DNA of 64,000 nt, from assembly GCA_963773405.1 (NCBI GenBank), contig CAVZAQ010000007.1, forward strand, positions 118,224 through 182,223. Direction: 5' to 3'. The position numbers were made by a program, and so were the translations under genes. The DNA is from an uncultured Chloroflexia bacterium. GTDB lineage: Bacteria > Chloroflexota > Limnocylindria > QHBO01. The notes below the pieces were generated by a model. It was not told the origin of the DNA and did not search any database. It saw nothing but the letters and a program-made list of their open reading frames with translations. Below, one piece after another: positions 57,321-64,000 of the stretch; positions within the stretch are counted from its first letter, which is position 1; each line of letters starts with the position of its first letter.

Positions 57321-58900
57321 GGTTGCACCGCGGCCGACTGCGGGTCTACGACGTCAGCCGGGAGATCGACCACCACCGCGAAGCCCCCCAGCTCGCTCCG
57401 CGTGGCGCGAACCGCGCCTCCCATCGACTCGGTCAGGCCGCGGACCACCGCGAGCCCCAGTCCGGTGCCGCGCCGTGATCCCGCTTCGTCGCGCGTCTCG
57501 CGGTAGAACTTGTCGAAGACGCGGCGCGCGTCGCCGGTGACCCCCGGCCCGTCGTCCTCGACCGTCATGGCCACCGCCCCTGTCCCCTCCACGGGCACCG
57601 CTCGCACCTGGATCCGCCCTCCGGCCGGCACGTACTTCACCGCGTTCTCGAGCAGGTTGGTGAGCACCTGGTCGAGCATGAGCGGATCGGCCGAGACCGG
57701 CGGCAGGTCGTCGGGCACGTCCACCTCGACCCGGTGCTGGGTGAGCGTCGCCTGGAGGCGATCCACCACCGCCTCCACGATGGAGGCGAGCGGCACAAGC
57801 TCGAGCTCGGGGTTGAGGGCTCCGCTCTCGATGCGGCTCATGTCGAGCAGGTTCCCCACCAGCCGGTTGAGCCGCTGGGCCTCTCCGTCGATGGTCGCAC
57901 CCAGTGCGATCCGCTCCTCCTCGGAGACCTCGATCTGCGGGTCGCTGAGGCTGCCCGCCGCGGCGCGGATCGTAGCCAGCGGCGTGCGCAGGTCGTGCGA
58001 CACCGAGTCGAGGAGCGCGGTCTTCAGCCGGTCGCTGCGCTTGGCGATCTCGACCTCCGCGGCGGTGGCCGCCAGGCGCTGGCGGCGGACAGCCTGCGCA
58101 ATCTGGTCGGCCGCTGCCGCGAGCAACCGGGAGTCCACGGTGCCCGGCTCGCCGAGCGCGCGGTCCCGCACCGCCCACACGGAGCCGAACGACTCCTCGC
58201 CCACGGCCAGCTCGACCCGGTAGAGGGCCGGCGAGATTTCCGGCACGCGCCGCCCAGGCGGGTGGATCCGCCGCCAGGTCGCGAGACTCTCCGCGTCGTC
58301 GCGGCGCAGCAGCGCGTAGGGACCCTCCGGACGAGGATCGCGGGCGTTCGTGTCGGCCAGGACGCGCTCCGCCCCACCATCGGTGGCAACGGCGACCCAC
58401 ACGCGCTGCATGCGGGTGTCGGCGGCGAGCCGTCCGGCGATCCGGCCCACGGCCGCCTCAAGCGAATCGGAGCTGTTGAGCGCGCGGCTGACGGAATGGA
58501 GCGCCTGGGCCTCCCGCTCCCGCCGCAGAGCCTCCTCGGCGCGGTCGCGCTGGGAGCCCGCGAGTCGGCCGATCAGCACGCCGATCACCAGGAACAGGAC
58601 CAGGTTGAGGAGCTGCTCCGGGTTGGCGACGGTGAACGTGAAGCGGGGGTCGACGAAGGCGAAGTTGTAGACCGCGAACGCTCCAATCGCGGTGGCGATG
58701 GCAGGCGAGGCGCCCGCCCGGATCGCCACGGCCGCGACGCCCAGCAGGTACACCGCGGATGCATCAGGCAGTCCCAGCGTGCCTTCCAGTACGAGGGCCG
58801 CGGCCGTGCAGAGGGCCAGGGCGCCGACGATCAGGACACCGTGGCTCAGCAGTCGACGCCGGTCGAGTACAGAGCGGCCGCCGGCGCTGGGCAGAGTCAC
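57317..58900 (-). CDS. KdpD-type sensor histidine kinase lacking the N-terminal KdpD/Usp module (DUF4118-GAF-HisKA-HATPase)
   Basis: The DUF4118-like TM block is YLLGVAAVAIRAGASPAIATAIGAFAVYNFAFVDPRFTFTV...LVLFLVIGVLIGRLA. The H-box is SVSHDLRTPLATI, the N-box is LLENAVKY and the G-boxes are DDGPGV/GTGLGL. Intact at 527 aa. Confidence 0.9.
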   Translation of the reverse strand: MTLPSAGGRSVLDRRRLLSHGVLIVGALALCTAAALVLEGTLGLPDASAVYLLGVAAVAIRAGASPAIATAIGAFAVYNFAFVDPRFTFTVANPEQLLNLVLFLVIGVLIGRLAGSQRDRAEEALRREREAQALHSVSRALNSSDSLEAAVGRIAGRLAADTRMQRVWVAVATDGGAERVLADTNARDPRPEGPYALLRRDDAESLATWRRIHPPGRRVPEISPALYRVELAVGEESFGSVWAVRDRALGEPGTVDSRLLAAAADQIAQAVRRQRLAATAAEVEIAKRSDRLKTALLDSVSHDLRTPLATIRAAAGSLSDPQIEVSEEERIALGATIDGEAQRLNRLVGNLLDMSRIESGALNPELELVPLASIVEAVVDRLQATLTQHRVEVDVPDDLPPVSADPLMLDQVLTNLLENAVKYVPAGGRIQVRAVPVEGTGAVAMTVEDDGPGVTGDARRVFDKFYRETRDEAGSRRGTGLGLAVVRGLTESMGGAVRATRSELGGFAVVVDLPADVVDPQSAAVQP

Positions 58901-58980
58901 CCGCAGATCGTAGACCTCCGCCGTGGAGCGAATCGGCTCACCGTCCGTGACCGATGTCCCGGCCGGCCGCGCTCACGACG

Positions 58981-59607
58981 CTACCGCTCCGGTTCGCGGG
59001 AGAGCATCCGCCGCAGGTGCCGGCCCATGAGCAGCGCCCACACCGGCAGCACCGCGAGATAGCCGACGCTGCCCGCGAAGGTCCACGGCCCGCCGATCCC
59101 CTCCGTCAGCAGCCCGTAGCCCAGCACCACGGTGCCGATTCCGGCCAGCAGGCCAACCCATCGGATCCATGGCAGCCAGTGACCCGCCACGACGTTGCCG
59201 CCCACGATCCACAGGCCGATGTAGACCAGGGCCCAAGTCTGGACGGCGAACACGCCAGTCGCTCCATGGTCGTAGTCCACGGTGAGCACCCCGACGACCC
59301 CGAGCAGCTGGATCACGCACCAGATGAGTCCGGAGAGCCATCCCAGCGCCTGGCCCAGCTGGGCGAGGCGGAGCGGAAACCAGCCGCCGAGCTCGTAGTA
59401 GGTGAGCATCAGCGGTGGGATGGCCGCGGTCATGATCACCCGGATCGCGTCGTTGGCCAGTCCCCAGGGATGCGCACTCGAGGTCGGCAGGCCGAGCGCG
59501 AGCACGCCGAGGCTGCCGGCGCTGGCGACCACGTAGCCTGCAACCGATCCGGTGCGCGTGATGCGTCGCGTGCGTTCGGACACCGTGCGCACGAGCATAG
59601 CGTCCAT
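58981..59607 (-). CDS. hypothetical polytopic membrane protein
   Basis: MDAMLVRTVSERTRRITRTGSVAGYVVASAG... has about 6 TM helices. No recognised family. Confidence 0.6.
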   Translation of the reverse strand: MDAMLVRTVSERTRRITRTGSVAGYVVASAGSLGVLALGLPTSSAHPWGLANDAIRVIMTAAIPPLMLTYYELGGWFPLRLAQLGQALGWLSGLIWCVIQLLGVVGVLTVDYDHGATGVFAVQTWALVYIGLWIVGGNVVAGHWLPWIRWVGLLAGIGTVVLGYGLLTEGIGGPWTFAGSVGYLAVLPVWALLMGRHLRRMLSREPER

Positions 59608-59710
59608 GGCGGCTCCCTCCACTGGCGAAACCAGCTCGCAGCCCATACAGTTCCCCCGCTGTCCGCCATCCGAGCCATCAGCACCGCAGTCGCGGAGTCT
59701 CCACCCTCTG

Positions 59711-60274
59711 ATGGGCACCACGACCGTCGTGGACGCCGTGCGTCACGCGACCGCCGGGGATGAAGCCGTCAACCGAACCAACGCCGGGTGGCGATCGTCA
59801 ATAGGGAACCACGAGGCGACGGTCGTCCGATGGGACCTGATCACGGACGCGTGCATCGCCAGGGTGGCCGGCGAGTACCGCCAGACACTGGACCAGATCC
59901 TCACCGAGGTCGATCAGCTCCGAGGATGCTGGACGCCGCCCGGGGAGTCGAGCACATGCGCAGCACGAGGCGGCAGGAACACGCTGCTCCGGATTGCAAC
60001 GGTCTACGACGACTGGATCGGCTCCAGCGGAGCCCCGGCGGAGGCGACCGAACCAAGCGCCCGGGCGGACCAGGCGTTCGTGGATGCCGCCTGCTGGGTC
60101 GTCGAGTCTCACGGGGGCAGCTGCCTCGACGTCTTCCATCTGCTCAACGGACCCGCGGGGACGGCAGACGCCGGGCCTTATCTGGGGCCGGACCATACCC
60201 ACCTGAACCAGGCCGGCAGCCAGCGTATCGCGGACGGTCTTGCGGGGTTGGGCTTCGCGCCTCTCGCATCGTAG
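59711..60274 (+). pseudogene. SGNH/GDSL-hydrolase-like fragment (C-terminal blocks only)
   Basis: The C-terminal block V is GPDHTHLNQAGSQRIADGL (D-x-x-H). A possible block III remnant is SIGNHE. No GDS(L) block I was found in any frame upstream, up to the divergent gene at 59607. Confidence 0.4.
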
Positions 60275-60315
60275 GCATCAACCTTCCTCAAACAGCGACC
60301 GCGCACAATGACGGC

Positions 60316-61101
60316 GTGAAGGACGGCTGGAACCAGGCAACCGCGTACGACCGCTTCATGGGCCGATGGAGCCGCCAGATCGCCCACCGCTTCGTGGAAT
60401 GGCTGGACGTCCCCGTCGGCGCCGCGTGGCTCGACGTCGGCTGCGGCACCGGGGCGCTTCTCGAGACGATCCTGGGAAGGAGCTCGCCGGGCCGCCTGGC
60501 CGGCGTCGACCGCTCCGAGGCGTTCGTCGCCGCGGCGCGCGAGCGACTGCCGGCGGGGACCGACCTCCACGTCGCCGACGCCGAGCGTCTTCCGTTCGGC
60601 CCCGACCCGAGCTTCGATGCGTCCGTCTCCGGCCTCGTCCTCAACTTCGTTGCACACCCCGCCGCCGCCGTGGCGGAGATGCGCCGGGTCACGCTGTCCG
60701 GCGGCGTCGTCGCGGTCTACGTCTGGGACTACGCGGACGGCATGGAGTTCCTGCGGCGCTTCTGGGAGGTGGCGCAGGAGCTGGACCCGGCCGCGGCCGT
60801 GCACGACGAGGGTCGCCGCTTCCCCATCTGCCGTCCGGGGCCGCTTCGCGACCTGCTCACGTCCGCCGGTCTGGGCGAGGTGGAGACAACCGCGATCGAG
60901 GTGCGGACCGTGTTCCGCCGCGTTGCCGACTACTGGGAGCCGTTCCTCGCCGGGCAGGGCGCCGCGGGCGCCTACGTCTCGGCCCTCACGGCGGAGCAGC
61001 GCGATCGGCTTGGTGACCTGATCAGGCAGCGCCTCCCGCTGCAGGCGGACGGTTCCATCGACCTGCCGGCCAGGGCGTGGGCGGTCCGCGGCGTTGCCTA
61101 G
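60316..61101 (+). CDS. class I SAM-dependent methyltransferase
   Basis: GTG start. Motif I is WLDVGCGTGALLETI, and FDASVSGLVLNFV and VTLSGGVVAVYVWDY follow. Intact. Confidence 0.85.
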   Translation: MKDGWNQATAYDRFMGRWSRQIAHRFVEWLDVPVGAAWLDVGCGTGALLETILGRSSPGRLAGVDRSEAFVAAARERLPAGTDLHVADAERLPFGPDPSFDASVSGLVLNFVAHPAAAVAEMRRVTLSGGVVAVYVWDYADGMEFLRRFWEVAQELDPAAAVHDEGRRFPICRPGPLRDLLTSAGLGEVETTAIEVRTVFRRVADYWEPFLAGQGAAGAYVSALTAEQRDRLGDLIRQRLPLQADGSIDLPARAWAVRGVA

Positions 61102-61244
61102 CCGGACGTTGCGCGACCGACGGATCTGGGTCATAGTCCTCGCTGAGACGCCCCACAACCACCGCAGCCACGAGGAGGAATGAGCAGTGCAGATCAGCGT
61201 TGCCGTATCTCCCGGCCGCGCGGAGATCGCCTGACGATCTCAGC

Positions 61245-61277
61245 CTGAGGCGCCGCTGAGGCGCGACTGAGGCAACC
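61245..61277 (+). repeat. 11-bp tandem repeat (CTGAGGCGCNN) x3 upstream of the RIO kinase gene
   Basis: The units are CTGAGGCGCCG, CTGAGGCGCGA and CTGAGGCAACC. A related CTGACGATCTC lies just upstream. Confidence 0.6.
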
Positions 61278-61347
61278 GCCCCCGGCGCTCCGGACCGGTC
61301 GGGACCACCACTTCCCTGTCCCACCCTGTGCTCAGGAGCGCTGTCTC

Positions 61348-62109
61348 GTGTCATCCACGACGCCGCAGCGGTCGGCGCTCGCGTGGCCCCACGATGAGCC
61401 ATACGAGGACCTGCCGCGCGGCACCCTCAAGTCCGGCAAGGAGGCGGAGATCTTCCTGGTGGAGCGTCGCTTCGCCAGCGGATCGCGCCTGGTTGCCCAC
61501 AAGCGATATCGACCCCGCTACCCGGTCAAGGGGCAGCTGCGCGCGGAAGGCTTCGCCAACGCCACCGCCTACCGCGGCGACGCCATCTACAAGGCCGGCT
61601 GGTTCCTGCCCACCCGCGACAAGAAGGCGCTGATGGGCGGAAGCCGTTACGGCCACGAGCTGGCCGGCCACCTGTGGCCGTATCAGGAGTGGACCATGCT
61701 GCGCCGCGCCTGGGATGCGGGGGCATCGGTCCCCTACCCGGTGGAGCGGACCGATCGCGGGCTGATGATGGCATTCATCGGCGACGAGTCGCGGGCGGCG
61801 CCCAAGCTGGCGCAGGCGCGGCTCTCGACGGCGGAGCTGGCATCGGCCTGGCAGCAGATGCTCGAGAACCTGCGGGCGTTGACCGGGGCCGGGCTGGTGC
61901 ACGCCGACCTTTCGGCGTACAACCTTCTGTGGTGGGAGGGTCGGCTGATAGTCATCGACCTGCCCCAGGCCGTGGAGTTCACCACGAACACGGACGCCTA
62001 CGACCTGCTGCACCGCGACGTGGCAAACGTGGGCGAGTGGTTCACCCGTCGCGGGTTGGCGGTGGACGTCGAGGCGGTGTACGCCGAGCTGCTGGGCCTG
62101 GCGTGGTGA
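61348..62109 (+). CDS. RIO1-family atypical serine protein kinase
   Basis: SGKEAEIFLV is the P-loop-like segment. ...LMMAFIGD..., the catalytic loop LVHADLSAYNLLW and the metal-binding loop LIVIDLPQAV follow. Intact at 253 aa. Confidence 0.85.
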   Translation: MSSTTPQRSALAWPHDEPYEDLPRGTLKSGKEAEIFLVERRFASGSRLVAHKRYRPRYPVKGQLRAEGFANATAYRGDAIYKAGWFLPTRDKKALMGGSRYGHELAGHLWPYQEWTMLRRAWDAGASVPYPVERTDRGLMMAFIGDESRAAPKLAQARLSTAELASAWQQMLENLRALTGAGLVHADLSAYNLLWWEGRLIVIDLPQAVEFTTNTDAYDLLHRDVANVGEWFTRRGLAVDVEAVYAELLGLAW

Positions 62110-62128
62110 CGGGCGGCCGGTGGCCGGC

Positions 62129-62279
62129 TTGTTACAGCCGGCAGAACGTAACGTCGCCGGCGGGCTCCGCGGGTCCCCCACGTCGTGACCGACGGTGGGT
62201 TACGGCGGGCGTAACGCTGCGTCGCCCGAGGCGCGGTCCAGGCTGGTTCCGCGACGTTACGTTACGGCAGCCAGAACAT
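62129..62279. mobile_element. family-B MITE-like element, copy 4
   Basis: The left terminus is TTGTTACAGCCGGCAGAACGTAACGTCGCCGG and the right terminus is GGTTCCGCGACGTTACGTTACGGCAGCCAGAACAT. Internal units are GTTACGGCGGGCGTAACGCTGCGTCGCCC. It is intergenic between convergent genes. Confidence 0.55.
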
Positions 62280-62297
62280 ACGGCCCACCCGCGGCAC

Positions 62298-62347
62298 GGC
62301 TGACGGGGCGGGCTGACGGGGCGGGTGACGGGGCGGGTTGACGCTCG
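62298..62347 (+). repeat. 13-bp tandem repeat (GGCTGACGGGGCG) x ~4; G-quadruplex-prone
   Basis: GGCTGACGGGGCG GGCTGACGGGGCG GGTGACGGGGCG GGTTGACGCTCG gives six or more runs of at least 3 G separated by 1-5 nt on the plus strand. Confidence 0.7.
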
Positions 62348-62366
62348 CCATCGGCGCAGGGCAGGT

Positions 62367-62744
62367 CTAGCCGTCACCTCGGCGGGCAAGGTTCTCGGCC
62401 ACACGGAACTCGACGATGCGCCGGATCAGGTCGCGCGGCAACGGCTCGCCAAGGGGGAACTGGACGGAGCCCTTGCCGGTCTTGTACGCGCTCAGCTCTT
62501 CGGCGAACGCCGCCAACCCGGTCGGAATCGGGTAGAAGCCGATGTGGTGCGGATACGCGGCGAAGTGGACCAGGTGCCGCCCGTTCAGGTCGAACGTGGG
62601 AATCGCGTAGCTGATGGTCTCCGTGGCGCCCGGCGCTAGAGACGCGATCAGCTCGCGCATCTCCGTGAGCACGCGCTGCGTGTCGGGCGGAAAGCCGGCG
62701 ATGTACTCGTCGATGGTCCCGGCCGTGGATCGCGAACTGGCCAT
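62367..62744 (-). CDS. DUF1801 (YdhG-like) domain protein
   Basis: Internal ATG is preceded by AGGAGG. The sequence reads TIDEYIAGFPPDTQRVLTEMRELIASLAPGATETISYAIPTFDLNGRHLVHFAAYPHHIGFYP. Confidence 0.8.
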   Translation of the reverse strand: MASSRSTAGTIDEYIAGFPPDTQRVLTEMRELIASLAPGATETISYAIPTFDLNGRHLVHFAAYPHHIGFYPIPTGLAAFAEELSAYKTGKGSVQFPLGEPLPRDLIRRIVEFRVAENLARRGDG

Positions 62745-62868
62745 GACAGCCTCCTGCTGAGCGCATCTTCGTCGTGCGCAAGGGATCCGGTGTCGATTCA
62801 GCCGAACCTCGTTCGTTATATTCGATGAGCGGTGGGAAACGCCCGCCCGCGATCGAGGAGCCGCCCAA

Positions 62869-63228
62869 ATGCCCAGATACATTCTCTCCGTCCACACCAG
62901 CGGTGAATCGAGCGCCGAGCCGATGTCGCCCGAGGAGATGCAGCGCGGATTCGAACGCGTCGCGCGCCTCGAGGAGGAGATGGCCTCGACCGGCGCACTC
63001 GTCCTCTCCGCCCGGCTCGAGCCGCCCGATGCCGCAGCCGTGGTCGACGCCCGCAATGGCCGGACCCTGACCACGGACGGCCCGTTCCTGGAGGCGAAGG
63101 AGCTGGTCGGCGGTTTCTACCTGATCGAGGCCCCGGACCGTGACGCCGCCATTGCCTGGGCGTCGAAGACCTCTGCGGCCATTGCGATGCCCATCGAGGT
63201 GCGTCCGATCCTCGCCTGGCACGACTGA
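62869..63228 (+). CDS. YCII-related (DGPF) domain protein
   Basis: MPRYILSVHTS...TDGPFLEAKELVGGFYLIEAPDRDAAIAWA. Intact at 119 aa. Confidence 0.85.
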   Translation: MPRYILSVHTSGESSAEPMSPEEMQRGFERVARLEEEMASTGALVLSARLEPPDAAAVVDARNGRTLTTDGPFLEAKELVGGFYLIEAPDRDAAIAWASKTSAAIAMPIEVRPILAWHD

Positions 63229-63258
63229 GCGCCGGCCGACGACAGGGTGCGGGCGGGG

Positions 63259-63693
63259 CTACCCGTGATCTTTCAACCACCTGGAGACCGCGCGGGGGCC
63301 GGCGCGCGAGAGCCAGGCGCGCTCCACGAACTCCGCCAGCTCGTCCCGGCTGAGCTCACCCACCCGGGAGCCGCGGAGCAGGACGGATGGGTGGCCGTCG
63401 AAGTGGGGCGTGGTGAAGAACGGAAGCGAGGTATCGGCCAGGATGGCCTCCTTCTCAAGCTCCGAGTCCACCCAGAAGACGATCACATCCGCAAAGCGCT
63501 CGCCCGTCTCCGGATCCACGGCGTCGGGGCGCGGGGTGCGGAAGAAGATGAAGCTGCGCCCGGAGACCTGGTACACCGCCGGCTCCCGGTCCGCCATCCT
63601 CACCCCCGGCAGGCCGCGGGCGATCTCGTGGATGTCGGCCACGGTCGCGGGCCGCGAGGCGCCGCCATGGGTCCCGGAGCCGCTCATGCCCAT
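63259..63693 (-). CDS. MmcQ/YjbR-like protein
   Basis: IHEIARGLPGVRMADREPAVYQVSGRSFIFF...PFFTTPHFDGHPSVLLRGSRVGELSRDELAEFVERAW fits the YjbR-type pattern. Confidence 0.6.
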   Translation of the reverse strand: MGMSGSGTHGGASRPATVADIHEIARGLPGVRMADREPAVYQVSGRSFIFFRTPRPDAVDPETGERFADVIVFWVDSELEKEAILADTSLPFFTTPHFDGHPSVLLRGSRVGELSRDELAEFVERAWLSRAGPRAVSRWLKDHG

Positions 63694-64000
63694 CAGGGCG
63701 CGGCGGCGCTGAACCAGTCCGGCAGGCGCTTGACCAGGCCCGGGTTGCCATACAGCTCCACGGAGCCGTCGGTGATGGCCGATCGCCAGTCGCGCGTCCC
63801 ACGGGCCAGGGGCAGCAGCGCCGGAACGGCGGCCTCGATGAACACGTAGCGATCCTCCGGCAGACCGGGGTCCTCGATGCAGACGGATGGTTCGATGCCA
63901 CGCTCGGCGACCAGCCAGAATCGGGGGCGCGCTCCACCGTGCACGGAGATGTCCAGCACCACCGGTCGAGCGGGCAGCCGCCAGACGTCGACCCGCTGGC
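63693..64000 (-). CDS. C-terminal SCP2-like part of a probable HTH regulator (gene continues beyond the window end)
   Basis: ...RVDVWRLPARPVVLDISVHGGARPRFWLVAERGIEPSVCIEDPGLPEDRYVFIEAAVPALLPLARGTRDWRSAITDGSVELYGNPGLVKRLPDWF. The frame is open to position 64000. Confidence 0.5.
   Translation of the reverse strand, partial: QRVDVWRLPARPVVLDISVHGGARPRFWLVAERGIEPSVCIEDPGLPEDRYVFIEAAVPALLPLARGTRDWRSAITDGSVELYGNPGLVKRLPDWFSAAAP

Noticed and set aside
54252-57506. 1084-aa plus-strand ORF, the longest in the track
   Set aside because: It lies antisense to three well-supported minus-strand genes (the APC permease, the KdpE-like regulator and the start of the KdpD-like kinase). Its translation is Arg/Gly/Asp/His-rich with no recognisable motif. 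It is a typical shadow ORF in GC-rich DNA, where stops are rare.
61178-61246. 22-codon mini-ORF after AGGAGG upstream of the RIO kinase gene
   Set aside because: The AGGAGG is separated from the ATG by only one nucleotide, too short for initiation. The peptide has no features, and conservation cannot be assessed here.

Overview
This is a very GC-rich bacterial chromosomal segment; third codon positions are almost all G/C, and many starts have a GGAGG-type Shine-Dalgarno (SD) motif. Gene content resembles a high-GC Actinomycetota-like lineage, but the lineage cannot be proven from this window. I support about 65 protein-coding genes. I found no rRNA, tRNA or CRISPR array by eye.

Most content is ordinary: two OmpR-type two-component systems, TldD/PmbA, two DrrAB-like ABC exporters, MarR and ArsR regulators, and two ECF sigma/anti-sigma modules. 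There is also a ferric-reductase-like/FMN-binding/ApbE cluster, HtrA, a YcaQ/AlkZ-like glycosylase, SemiSWEET, TauE, a DarA-like PII protein, Ada/Ogt, MtnN and a DEAD-box helicase. A yeast-type cytosine deaminase operon, EamA, LysE and APC transporters, a RIO kinase and many membrane or lipoproteins complete the set.

Three things stand out.

1. An intact, translationally coupled gene pair sits at 11703-15079. The first gene encodes a double zinc-ribbon, DDE-transposase-like protein. The second encodes a DEDDh 3'-5' exonuclease with an unassignable ~350-aa C-terminal region. The pair lies inside a ~6.3-kb segment bracketed by long imperfect inverted repeats, and a ~200-bp MITE-like derivative of those repeat ends lies 1.6 kb further on.
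2. A second family of ~145-150-bp elements with terminal inverted repeats (TIRs) occurs four times in intergenic regions. One copy has its terminal 12-mer reiterated.
3. About 20 conserved genes are broken by frame changes, and one by an in-frame TAG. All breaks lie in the first ~48 kb and none in the last ~16 kb. This indicates either localized assembly indel errors or real gene decay.

The many long Arg/Gly/Pro-rich ORFs in the six-frame track are GC-driven shadow ORFs lying antisense to, or out of frame with, real genes.
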